DNA of 64,000 nucleotides from Macrostomum lignano. Taxonomy: Eukaryota. Within the stretch, counting starts at the first letter, position 1, and every line of letters starts with the position of its first letter. The DNA lies in the NCBI GenBank assembly GCA_002269645.1, contig NIVC01001457.1:222213-286212 (forward strand), read 5' to 3'. This document shows positions 39,444-50,047 of the stretch, piece after piece. The notes under the pieces were generated by a model, which was not told where the DNA came from, did not search any database, and saw nothing but the letters and a program-made list of their open reading frames with translations. The translations under genes and the position numbers were made by a program.

Positions 39444-39588
39444 TCGTGCTAAATGTAGATTGCCTCGAGGCTTACAGGCTGTTGATTAAATTAAAATAAC
39501 CCACTCCGCGAGCCGAGGACCATTGATTGCAGTCGAGGATATTCGCCGAGGAGATTTTGCCATAGAGTATCTCCTCGTTTCAGTGGTA

Positions 39589-40338
39589 TACCTTTTTACG
39601 TTCTATTTGATAAAAACTGCAACCAATTTGGCCACGGCTCAGCCTGACCATAGACATAGAATTTTCCATAGACAGCCACCGCTAGCGGCAACCAATTTGG
39701 TAAAAACTGCGAGCTATTTTGCCAGCTTGAAGATAGCAGCTGCTCTGATGGCGAATCGTGGGCCGTACCAAAAGATAAGTCAGCTGGATCGAGAGCGAAT
39801 CGTGAGAGCGTACAGGGGGGGGGGAGTGGCGACGACTGGGGAGAGCTTGGCAGAATGATGGGGATGAAGAAACCGACAGTGAGGAACATCGTGACCACGT
39901 ATGAACGAACTGGTAGAGTTGGCACTCTGCCAAAAGGAGGAGTGAAGAGGATGGCGCTGACGGAGGCTATGGTGGACACCATTGTTCAATTCGTCGAAGG
40001 TCAACCTACTGCCTCTCACGCCTCTCAAGTGCCTGCGCTGGATCAACCATTCCCAGACGTACTTCAATCCCATTCATTGAATCCCATTCCCATTCATTCC
40101 CAGACGTGCTTGAATGCTGAGGACATAATGTTCTGACTTCGTGCATGTATTGTTAACATTCTTTATCGTTATTGTTATGCTATTGAGCTGCTATCTTCAA
40201 GCTGGCAAAATAGCTCGCAGTTTTTACCAAATTGGTTGCCGCTAGCGGTGGCTGTCTATGGAAAATTGCTGCGGCTGCGTCAGGCTGAGCCGTGGCCAAA
40301 TTGGTTGCAGTTTTTATCAAATAGAACGTAAAAAGGTA
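39589..40338 (+). mobile_element. Internally deleted Tc1/IS630-like element with ~155-bp TIRs and TA TSD
   Basis: TIRs TACCTTTTTACGTTCTATTTG...AGATAGCAGC at about 39589-39742 and 40188-40338, flanked by TA. The interior keeps only an N-terminal HTH fragment (MANRGPYQKISQLDRERIVRAY...MKKPTVRNIVTTYERTGRV). Confidence 0.8.
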
Positions 40339-40701
40339 TATTACACATATATTCCCAATTTATTTTGTTGTCTAGCGGGCAAAAGCAAGAGGTATGAATA
40401 AAATCAGCAAATGCTCTTGAACAAATGCTCGCACTCTGAGCTGGAGCATTTTCTCGAGGCTGAGTAAATACTCAGAGTCAGAGCAAATGCAACAATTCAG
40501 TATGAATAAACAAAAAACTCAGACTCAGAGTAATTGCTCAACCGCTTGAGCAGCAGCCTGGCTGCTTAAAGCCATAGACAGGCAGAGCTGCAGCAGCAGC
40601 AAGAGAAGCGGCAGCACTCACTAACGATCGAATCTAAGTATAGTGTTGCATAGCCGCATAGCTCAGCATAGCAAACACAGCTTAGCAAGCACTGATCTGA
40701 A

Positions 40702-41416
40702 ATGGATACTGATGGTGCCAGCGACGAGCAGTTTGTGAATATCGTAATACGCCATCCGTGTCTTGCTGACAAAGCAAAGACGCCTGGTATCGCGGAGAAG
40801 AAAAAGGCAGCATTGCTATTTATCCAGAGCGAGTTGGAGCTTAGTGGCAAGAGCACGGATTCAAAAAAAAATAAACAAAAAGCTGGCCAATATGAAGGCA
40901 AGACTGAAGGCTAAGGCAGACATCAACAGGACCGGCAACAGGAAGATCCAACTGAAGAAATGGGAGGAGGCGATGCTATACTTCCTGCAGGCAACAGAAA
41001 ACCCTGTATTCAGCAAGGTGCCAGGCTGCCAGTCGAGCGGAGTAGCATGTAATGCGGAAGCGTCGCAGCCATTGGACACAGCCGGGCCTATGCAAGCCGA
41101 TGGAGATGCTGCAGATCGTGCCCCTCTGCTCAGCAGCGCTGCCACTGCCACTGCCAACAAGCCATCATCCGCTCGCCTCGCTCCCCGCAGGAGCAGCAAT
41201 GAGAGCCAGGAAACATCTGGGCTCAGCAATGCCGAGCTGCAGCGGCTTGTGCTACTCGAGCAGCTGAAGTATTTCCGACTGAAGAGCCGGCGCCTGCTGG
41301 AGTCTGAGGCTTATCGCAGGTGGACACCACACAGCAGCCCAATTGAGCAGCCGCAGGCAGCGCGATCAAGTGATTCCTGCGAGCGCGCTCCGGAGCCGCA
41401 GTTTTTTCGGCTGTGA
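40702..41416 (+). pseudogene. Harbinger Myb/SANT-like accessory protein (element A), frameshift in an A-run near 40865
   Basis: MDTDGASDEQFVNIV...KKKAALLFIQSEL...KKINKKLANMKARLKAK...KKWEEAMLYFL; homologous to the element D partner protein. Confidence 0.75.
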
Positions 41417-41758
41417 ACTGACACTGATACGTGCTTTGAGCAGCTTTGAGCGTAAACTGAGACCTGTTTCGTCTGTTTAAAATTTGAGGCAGAGTGCCGG
41501 TTAAACAAAATCAACTGATAATTACATTGTTGCATCGACTGGTGCGTTTTGAACTTTAAAATTTTAAAGTTAGAACTTTATTATTTGAACTATTTTATTG
41601 AGGTTTATTCAAATTACACTAGCAGCACAGCAGCACAGCGTGGAACAGGTAAATGGACAGGCAATACAGTAAACTTAGCAGGCAACTCAACAAACAGCGT
41701 AGCAGTTAGGGAACCGAGCAGTTCTGCGCATAACACTTGAGTGAGTCACTGGTGAAGT

Positions 41759-42789
41759 TCATGGCACGTGGTGGTTGCTATGCCGACGGCGAAAAATGAT
41801 GTCAGCGATTTCCAATCGACGCTGCGTGCCCGCAGCGCGCCTCTGCGCGTCGCCTGCATCGAGCGTGTGGGGCACGTCTGCCACATGTGTCATCTCCTCC
41901 TCGATGGCCTCATCATCGACTGCTCTGTCGTTCAGCTCTCTCGCCACATTGTGCAGAACACAGCAAGCAATGATGTAGGTTGGGACGCGCTCTAGCCTCA
42001 CTCTGATCATGTATTTGAGGATGGGGAAGCGCCGCTTCAACTGACCGAAGGCATTTTCGATAACTACTCTAGCGTTTGAGTGCACCCGATTGAACAGAAT
42101 CTCCTGCGGCTGGTTCGGCTCCTTGAACGGCTTTATAATGAAAGGGGCTATGCCGTAGCCCTCGTCTCCTAGCAACACGACGCCCTGGCGGTTGGAGAGA
42201 TCCGGTTGTCGTGCACCGAGCCAGGCCACGATGCATCTACGCTCGTGAATTTGAAACTCTCGTCGCAAGTGGCTTGAACATTGATGGATGCAAAGCCCTT
42301 GCGGTTGACATACTCGTTCCCCACCGCACCTCCAGGCTTCTCGATCCGTACATGTGTGCAATCGATTGCCCCGATTGCTGACGGGTACCGAAACTTTTGG
42401 AACCAGTTCTGCTTGGCTTCATGCAGCTGGTGCTCAGATTGTGTCGGCCATTTGATCCATCGTTGCGATTGAGCACAAATTCGTTGCACAACATGCCAAG
42501 CAGTTTTCGATACGGTTTTCTGATGGATGTTGAACTCGTTTGCGATGTCGGTTTGAAAGCCAGGATTCGCCAGGTATCGCAGAGCAACTTCCATGCGCAC
42601 CTTAGGTGACAGAGCACCCCCTCATGATTCCTGACTGTTGTCAAGGAAGCTTGCCGTGAGCAGGTCAACGCTGTCGCGGGAGAATCTGAACAGCCGCTGG
42701 TACTCGCAATCTCGAAGGACATCAGACGAAAGCCTTTCAAGGTAGAGCTTGCGCCTTGCAGGAGCGATTTCAGGCATAAATTCCGCCAT
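41759..42789 (-). pseudogene. Harbinger DDE transposase (HARBI1-like), frameshifted (element A)
   Basis: GAIDCTHVRI, WPGSVHDN, LLGDEGYG, ARVVIENAFGQLKRRF; at least two frame breaks. Confidence 0.9.
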
Positions 42790-43116
42790 TCAACTGCAGT
42801 TGCTTGCCAGTTGAGTCAGGTAGGTAGCTGTCTCAACATTTTGTGAGCAATTGCTCCGATCTTTTGTCTATGGCCATGTTTTTATTCTTACTGACTGGAG
42901 TAATTGCTCTGCAGCTGAGAATTTTCTCATGAGTCGGAGCAAATGCTCACGAGCATTTACTCATGAGCATTTGCTCATGAGCAAAAGCTCAACTTATTCT
43001 TATTGACCTGAGCATTTGCTTGAGTTTGAGCATTTGCTCAGTTTATTCATACGGCCTAATGATCGAGACACCGAGTGCTTTTGGCCCTAGACAGCTAAAT
43101 GAGTGGGGAATATGAT

Positions 43117-44844
43117 ATGTATCCCCCGTTCGGTATGTTGGCTGCTAGCGGGAATGAGGGGGCAGATTGCTCGCTGGGGGTGTGGGGCGAAGCCCCCACA
43201 TTTAGGCCACAGACAAATTTTAATTTATTTGCATCGATGCAAAGTGAGGCAAACTAGCAAAAAGTCAAGGGGAACTAAAGTACAAAAGAACACTGCAAGC
43301 AGGGAGACTGAGAGACGTGCTGATTTTATCGACAAATAAGCCAAGAGATATGTCTGGACAATCTGGTGCTCGACATCAAATCTTGTCGGATGCAGAAGCT
43401 GATGCGCTGGTAAGTGCAACAGTACCAGCAAATACGGTCAAGAAGAGTGCGTGGATGATATCGACGTTTAAATAGTGGCACGAATGCAAAAAGAAGACTG
43501 GGCAAAGAATGGCGGCTCCTCTCTGATGTTATTGAAATCTATGGACGAATTTACTAGGTCCGACTTGAACTATTTGCTGAAGCTTTTCATCCTTGAGGTA
43601 AGGAATAAGAAGCATGAGCGCTACTCGGCTGGAACTCTCAAGAACTTCGTGTCTATGCTGCAGTATGAAATGCGCAATGTCTACGGAAAGGACTGGAGCC
43701 TTTGGACGGATGTTCAGTTTGCTGAAAGTAGAAAATCGCTGGATGCGGCTATGAAGCTATCAACTGCGGAAGGAAAAGGAGTCGGGCTAAAAAAGTCAGA
43801 GCCTGTGACGAAATCTATCGAAGATGATTGCTGGAATGCTGGTGTGCTAGGCTCCCACAATCCTGAGCAACTAGTTCGCACCGTAATTTGGCTAATTGGC
43901 AAGCACTTCGGTCTGCGGGATGGTAGTGAGCTACGTGATTTGGAATTCCAGTGCGAGATCAATTTGGATGGCAGTGGGATTGAAGAGTGCCTTGTTTACG
44001 AGGAGTGTCGGCCGACCAAGACGAATCAAGGTGGCCTGAAAGGAATTCAGAAACAACCGAAAGTAGTCAAGGCTTTCCATGCTGCAGATCCGGAGCAATG
44101 CGTTGTGTGCCTATACATCAAGTACGTTTCGTTGCGCCCCGAGAATTGTTAAAAAGCTTTGTTTCTTGCCGCCAATAAGCACTGGACGGAATCGATCGGA
44201 AAAGCCTGGTATAGTGTTTAGCCTATTGGGAAGAACACTATCTCGACAATTGTGAAGGCCGCAGTGTCTGAAGTTCGGCCAAACAGCACTGCTCGTTTCT
44301 CGAATCAGAGCCTGCGAAAAGCATGGGCTACTCAACTCCACGAAGCTGGTGTTGAACGCGGAGACATTGCTCGGATCACTGGTCACGCTACTACCAAGGC
44401 TCTGGAGAAATACATAGGTCCATCAACAACATGACAGAAGATCCAAAGTGCTATTTTGAGTGGAGACGCCACCGAGGCTTCTGCTGCAAGTATCATACAA
44501 CAGTCTCGTGTTACCGTGTCCGACGTCAATACCGAGGTTTCTATCGAACCACCTGCTAGTAAGCGCATGCTCATCGAGGCAGACGGTGAAAAAAACGTTG
44601 TGAAAATCACATTCTGTTAGTCATTATAAGTCCGAAACGAACTTTATATCACACATTTTGTATCCTACAGTTGTAATTAAGCTTTTGTGTGCTACACTTT
44701 TTTGCTAGTTTTTGTTAGTCTATGGTTGTTGTCTCGAATTTATCAGCCCGCGGGGCAGCGGGAAATAAATTATTTATTCACCTAGGGAAATAAACGAAAA
44801 CATCCGTCACATAGACACTCGCCCAGGGCAAAAGGGGGATACAT
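43117..44844 (+). mobile_element. Crypton-like element 2 with degenerate DUF3504 tyrosine recombinase (~43300-44620)
   Basis: Inverted termini ATGTATCCCCC / GGGGGATACAT. The ORF has FILEVRNKKHERYSAGTL, HFGLRDGSELRDL, KTNQGGL and FSNQSLRKAWATQL..GHAT..ALEKY, with in-frame TAA and TAG stops. Confidence 0.78.
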
Positions 44845-45130
44845 CGTCAAAGCTAAACTCCTGGGGGTCTTTCTCAAAAGCAACTTACGATCAGCCATAG
44901 ACTTTAGTTGGGGAGGAAGTGCTTATGGCTTGCTTGAAAGTCTCGCAACTTGAAACGACGTACGATCGATCGCAACTTTGCGAGCTCGTAACTTTGCGCA
45001 AAAGACTGTTTCTCGAAACGTTCGAATGTCTATGGTCTTTCGTAAGGTTGATCTTAACCCTACGACTGCTCGAGACCAGTCGTAAGTGAACAAGTGAGAA
45101 ATTTAGCTGTTTTGAAAGATCAGTGGCACC

Positions 45131-45866
45131 ATGTCGAGCAAACGACAACCTAACTTTACGTCAGGTGAAAAGGAGGAATTGATCAATTTTGTTCAAAAGC
45201 ATCTAGAGATTATCAATTCAAAGGATCAAAAAGCTGAAACACAGAGACAAAAAAAGGCGTGCTGGGACACGTGTGCAAGCCAGGTGAATGCAATTGGTGC
45301 AAACAAGCGTACAGGAGACGAGGGTCGAAAGAAATGGTCGGATTTCAAATCTGACGTGAAAGCTAAGCTTGTTTTGCAACGGAAAGACCAGAATGCAACT
45401 GGAGGTGGACCACCAACAGCATCGGATCTGACGCAGTTCGAAGTGGATACTGCTGCAATGATAGCCTCTGAAAGTATTGTTGGTGTGTCTAGCGGGGTCG
45501 ACTCTATGCAACCCAAATGTTCGGCTGGCTCCTCGACACCGACGATGCCAAGGGAGAGTGGCTGCCCGACGCCGCACTGTAGCACTACCGAATTCGTTTT
45601 TGACCAAAGACTAGGTTCAACCCGGGACGAATCATTGGTGCGGTGCTCTAGGTCTAGCAATTCTAGCACGTCTTTGCCCTGAGATGCCGACGACACCCAA
45701 GAGGGTTAAAGTCGACAGCAAGATTATGGATATCTGCAACTTTGAGGAGCAGAGACTGCATATTGAGAAGGATCGACTGGAGGTTGAGAAAAAACGGCTG
45801 TCAGTAGAGTGCGAGCGTTTAGCAATTGAAAGGGCTCGATTGGATATTGAGTCAAGGAAAAAGTAA
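45131..45866 (+). CDS. Myb_DNA-bind_5/NAIF1-like accessory protein with C-terminal coiled coil (element B); +1 frameshift in a C-run near 45678
   Basis: KRQPNFTSGEKEELINFV...KKACWDTCASQVNA...RTGDEGRKKWSDFKSDVK; removing one C joins the ORF to EMPTTPKR...EEQRLHIEKDRLEVEKKRL. Confidence 0.8.
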
Positions 45867-46089
45867 TGAACTCGCGTATTTGTATGTTAAAACTGTGTTA
45901 AATGACTCGACGAAGTCTGACAATAATGAATTATAGTTATTGTAGTTGTTGTCCGAGTTTAATATTGTTATAACAAATGAAATATCTCATAAAATGTAAC
46001 GGATAACATAACAGAATAAACTATTAATGATGAAGATCAAATTGTTGGCAAAGATATTGATAATATCAAGGTCAAAATACCAGCCATAA

Positions 46090-47139
46090 TTAATGCAACA
46101 TTGCGTTCATAATACGAATTCTTTCTGCTCGCCCGGCTACAATATCGTCATCAATAGCAACGTCTTCGGGATCGTCATTTGGATGATACTGAACTGCTGT
46201 AGTCAAAGGAACTCCTCTATTCATTGCGATGTTGTGCAGTACAATACAAGAGCTTATTACATTGCAGCACTTTGTAGAAGTAAATCGGAGACATCCTGAA
46301 TGGCGATTCAGACACTGAAAACGTGCTTTCAGAATTCCAAAGGAACATTGGATTTTTACTCGAGATTTTCGCAGTAGGTGATTAAATTCGATTTCCCTTG
46401 CATCTCTTGGATCTTCGAACACTTTCATTAGAAATGGCCTTAATGGATAGCCACTGTCTCCGATTAGGAACCCTCCAACTAGCCCTGTAGCTAGAATTTC
46501 CTTGAGTTGCGAGTTGTTGAAAATGAACGAATCATGAGTACTTCCTGGCCAACGTATTACAACGTTAGTGAAGGACATTGCTGCATCACATACAGCTTGC
46601 ACATTGATGGAGTGAAAAGATTTTCTGTTCACAAATACGTGCTCATTGTTCGCAGGCCGTTTAATCGCGATATGAGTACAGTCGATGGCTCCAATGACAT
46701 GTGGCAATCCAGCGATAGTATTGAAGCCAGTCATGGTCCGATTGACTTCAGCGTGGCTCCTAGGAAAGATAACATATTGATTGAGGTGTCTCGCTAGAGC
46801 TACAGACACGATGCCAACCGCTCGAGAGGCAGAAGAGATTCCAACGTTCACACTATCTCCCGTGATTCGAAGAAATGAACCACTCGCATAAAAGCGCAGT
46901 GCTAAGCATATCATTATGATGGGGGACAATGCGTTGCTCCGTCTTGTCTGCCGCTGCATCTCATCTTGTACACGCGCTACGATATCAATGATGACGACTC
47001 GTGAAAAGCGATAACGATCTATTAGATTCGAATCTCGCATACGCAATGGATCGGCGTGATCACGAAGTCGACGCTCGCGACCCAAGGCGCGTTCAGCCAT
47101 ACGCAATCGGAACAGCGTTATAGCAAGAACGAAATCCAT
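46090..47139 (-). CDS. Harbinger transposase, uninterrupted 349-aa ORF (element B)
   Basis: GAIDCTHIAI, SINVQAVCD, WPGSTHDS and LIGDSGYPL; the third catalytic position reads RVKIQCSFG (Q instead of E). Confidence 0.92.
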   Translation of the reverse strand: MDFVLAITLFRLRMAERALGRERRLRDHADPLRMRDSNLIDRYRFSRVVIIDIVARVQDEMQRQTRRSNALSPIIMICLALRFYASGSFLRITGDSVNVGISSASRAVGIVSVALARHLNQYVIFPRSHAEVNRTMTGFNTIAGLPHVIGAIDCTHIAIKRPANNEHVFVNRKSFHSINVQAVCDAAMSFTNVVIRWPGSTHDSFIFNNSQLKEILATGLVGGFLIGDSGYPLRPFLMKVFEDPRDAREIEFNHLLRKSRVKIQCSFGILKARFQCLNRHSGCLRFTSTKCCNVISSCIVLHNIAMNRGVPLTTAVQYHPNDDPEDVAIDDDIVAGRAERIRIMNAMLH

Positions 47140-47925
47140 CGATAAGCCAACTCAGTGTTATTTCTTCCAATCGTAACTATGGCCAGACGTTAACCCTGCA
47201 CCTTCTGATGATTTAAATCCTAAAAGTGTGTCCCTTTCTGCCATAGACAAATATTTTTCGAGAACCTTGGACTTACGAATTGCGTAAGTCACGCAAAGTC
47301 TAAGCGAGTTTCAAGAAACAGTCTTAATATTCATCTTACGCAGAGCGTAAAGTTCTAACTTAAGACCGAACTTACCATAGAACTTGCTCAAGTTTCGAGA
47401 AAGACCCCCCTGAAAGCTAAAGATAAAGCTTTTCTTGAGATTTTCAAACTCTAGAGCATGGTCGAATACATGCCTGATGTAGCGCCTGCGCGGCGGAAAC
47501 TGTATTTGGAGCGTCATCACTCAGATGTGTATCGGGACGACGAATACCGGCGTCTGTTTCGCTTTCATCGAAATAGCGTAGAAGCTCTCGCGGAAAGATT
47601 CATTAGGCCGTATGAATAAAATGAGCAATTGCTCAGACTCGCACAAAATCTCAAGTCAGTATGAAAAAACGGTGCAGTGACTTCGAGCAACAGCTCATGA
47701 GTTTTGACTTGAAAGTTGTTGCTCCGAGTGTCAGCGAAAAAATCCGGGGCTGAGCAAACTCTCCGGTCTGTATGAATAAACTCGGGCCATAGACAATCTT
47801 TTCTGAGCTGCAACTCACAAAATGTTGAGGCAGCCCTCTGCCTGCCTCAGCCATCTATACTCTAGTGGTTGCTGTAACTAGCGCTTTCTAGTTGCTGATG
47901 TTCTTTGACTGAGTTCTTTGGCAGT

Positions 47926-49010
47926 ATGGCTGAGTTCTTTGCTGCACGTGCTCCCGCTCGACGGAAGTTTTATCCGGAGCGCCGATCTTCCGACTTGACT
48001 AGAGACACGGAGTATGGTCGACTCTACCGATTTTCTCGCACCAACGTGCAGTATCTGGCCACGCGCTTTCTGAACGGCAGCACAGAGACAAGAGGCGGTG
48101 AGCTGACTCCAGTTGCGCGAATGGAGGTTGCTCTCCGTTATCCAGCAAACCCGGGATTTCAGACGGGAATCGCAAGCGAGTGTGGCATTAACCAATCAAC
48201 CGTATCCAAGACGGTGTGGCAAGTTGTGCAAAACATTTGTGCAGAGAAGCATTCGTTCATCAGCTGGCCGACGCACTCTGCCGATGCCATTCAGACAGCG
48301 AAACAGGAGTTTTATGATCGATTTAAGTTTCCATCCTGTGTTGGTGCTATCGACTGTACGCGTGTCCAAATCGAAAAGCCGGCTGGAGCAATCGGAAACG
48401 AATATGTCAACCGCAAGGGTTATGCCTCTATTAATGTACAGGCCACGTGTGACGCAGATTACCGGTTCACCAGCGTAGATGCATCATGGCCGGGCTCCGT
48501 TCGTGATAACCGAATCTTCAAGAACTCCGACATCTATGCTGACCTCACCACCCAGACTGGAGTTGTGCTGTTAGGTGACGAAGGTTATGGCATAGCACCG
48601 TTTCTCATGAAACCTTTCCGGGACGCGACTTCACCTGAAGAGACTCACTTCAACCGTGTGCACTCAAGAGCCAGGGTAGTCATTGAAAACGCTTTCGGAC
48701 AACTGAAGCGGCGCTTCCCGATAATCAAGTACATGATTCGTGTCAAGTTGGACAGGGTGCCCACCTTTGTCGTTGCATGTGTCGTCCTACACAACATCGC
48801 AAGGGAGCTGGGCGATACGACATTGGACGATGAAACCTCTACCAATGAGCAGGATGAAGTCAGCAGGATGAAGTCAACGTGTTGCCTGGCGAAGACAGCG
48901 ACGCTGGCGATGTGCAAAGAAGAGCGGCCGGTGTCCAACGTAGGCTGGATATTGCTGAGATTCTCTATCGGCGACGCAATGAATATAATCGCATACTCTG
49001 AAGGCCGACG
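47926..49010 (+). pseudogene. Harbinger transposase (element D) with a 14-bp duplication frameshift near 48850
   Basis: DDE residues are present but two conserved His are Arg (AIDCTRV, GSVRD). The duplication GCAGGATGAAGTCA shifts off the native C-terminus (DAGDVQRRAAGVQRRLDIAEIL). Confidence 0.88.
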
Positions 49011-49318
49011 CCTACATCGAACAATAAGAAATTTGACTACGAAAATTGCATCGTGCCGTGAAATGTTGAGTTTAATGTTAACAGCTTTTAAACGTTTCAC
49101 AATAAATTTAACAATAATTGTTTATTGAACAATAGTTGTAATAATTATTATTTATCATGGTTGTAATAAATTGTTCACGTTTGTGATATAGCAATGTTCA
49201 ATGTTGTGGTTAATGATAACAACAGAGATAAATTTAACGACTTTTAAGTTATTCAACATCAATGCTGTGATTTTAGTCTAACACAATGCACAACATAGTT
49301 ATCCCAACAACACCACAA

Positions 49319-50047
49319 TTAAAGACTAAAGAATTTTAAACTGCTCGACTGGCCTGCATAGTTAGCCTCCGTCTGTTCGACATCATGGCGACGTTCACAC
49401 TGCCGCTCCATCTGGAGACGGTTCTTGGTTCGGAAAAACTTTAGCTGCTCCAACAACACCAGACGTTGCAACTCAGCGTTGCTTAGATCCACTGTTTCGA
49501 TTGTCTCATCGATGCAGCGCTTCCGTGTTGGTTTTTTGGCGACAGTCGATGGTATCTCTTTCACGTACTCGCTTCGTAGACTATCGGTGCTGTAACTAGA
49601 CTCTCCGTCTCCAGGACCGTTCGGTGGAGAACCGCTGTCGCGGCGACCGGTGGAAAACGCAGGCTTGACGCCACTCACTTGACTACCAGGAACCCTGTTA
49701 AACGTAGGGTTGTCTTCACTCCCAAGGAAACGGAGCAATTCTTCCTCCTACTTCTTCAGTACGATCTTTTTGTTTCCTGTCTTTTTCAGGTCCGTCTTAG
49801 ATTTAAGCCTAGACTTCATGTTGGAGAGTTTCTTCGTTATTTTTTTGCCGTCCAGATTAACACCGTGAGACTCCAGCTCCTCTTGAATCTTGCGCAGAGC
49901 AGCATTCCTTTTATCGACAGCGCCGGGTGTTTTGCCTTTTTCCATAAGACAGTCAAATCGAGAAACTATTTTAACGAACAACTCTTCGCTTATTGCTTCG
50001 TCCTTTGCAGCCATTACGATGCCGGCTTGATTCGTGATTTGATGCAC
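49319..50047 (-). pseudogene. Harbinger Myb-like accessory protein (element D) with a TGG>TAG nonsense change near 49748
   Basis: KKITKKLSNMKSRLKSK...VLKK*EEELLRFL aligns with KKWEEAMLYFL of element A. Confidence 0.8.

Larger units (their letters stand above)
40387..43057. mobile_element. PIF/Harbinger transposon A (Myb gene +, transposase -, convergent)
   Basis: Right TIR ...GTTTATTCATACGGCCT followed by AAT; degenerate left TIR AAGAGGTATGAATAAAATCAGCAAATGCTC; two-gene architecture. Confidence 0.88.
44864..47409. mobile_element. PIF/Harbinger transposon B (Myb +, transposase -), probable CTG TSD
   Basis: TIRs GGGGTCTTTCTC(A/G)AAA at 44864 and its reverse complement ending near 47409; CTG on both sides, with one C/G ambiguity in the terminal homopolymer. 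Confidence 0.88.

Noticed and set aside
48340-48510. Two conserved His>Arg changes in transposase D as evidence of RNA-editing-type hypermutation
   Set aside because: Two substitutions are too few, and cut-and-paste elements have no RNA intermediate; ordinary decay explains them.
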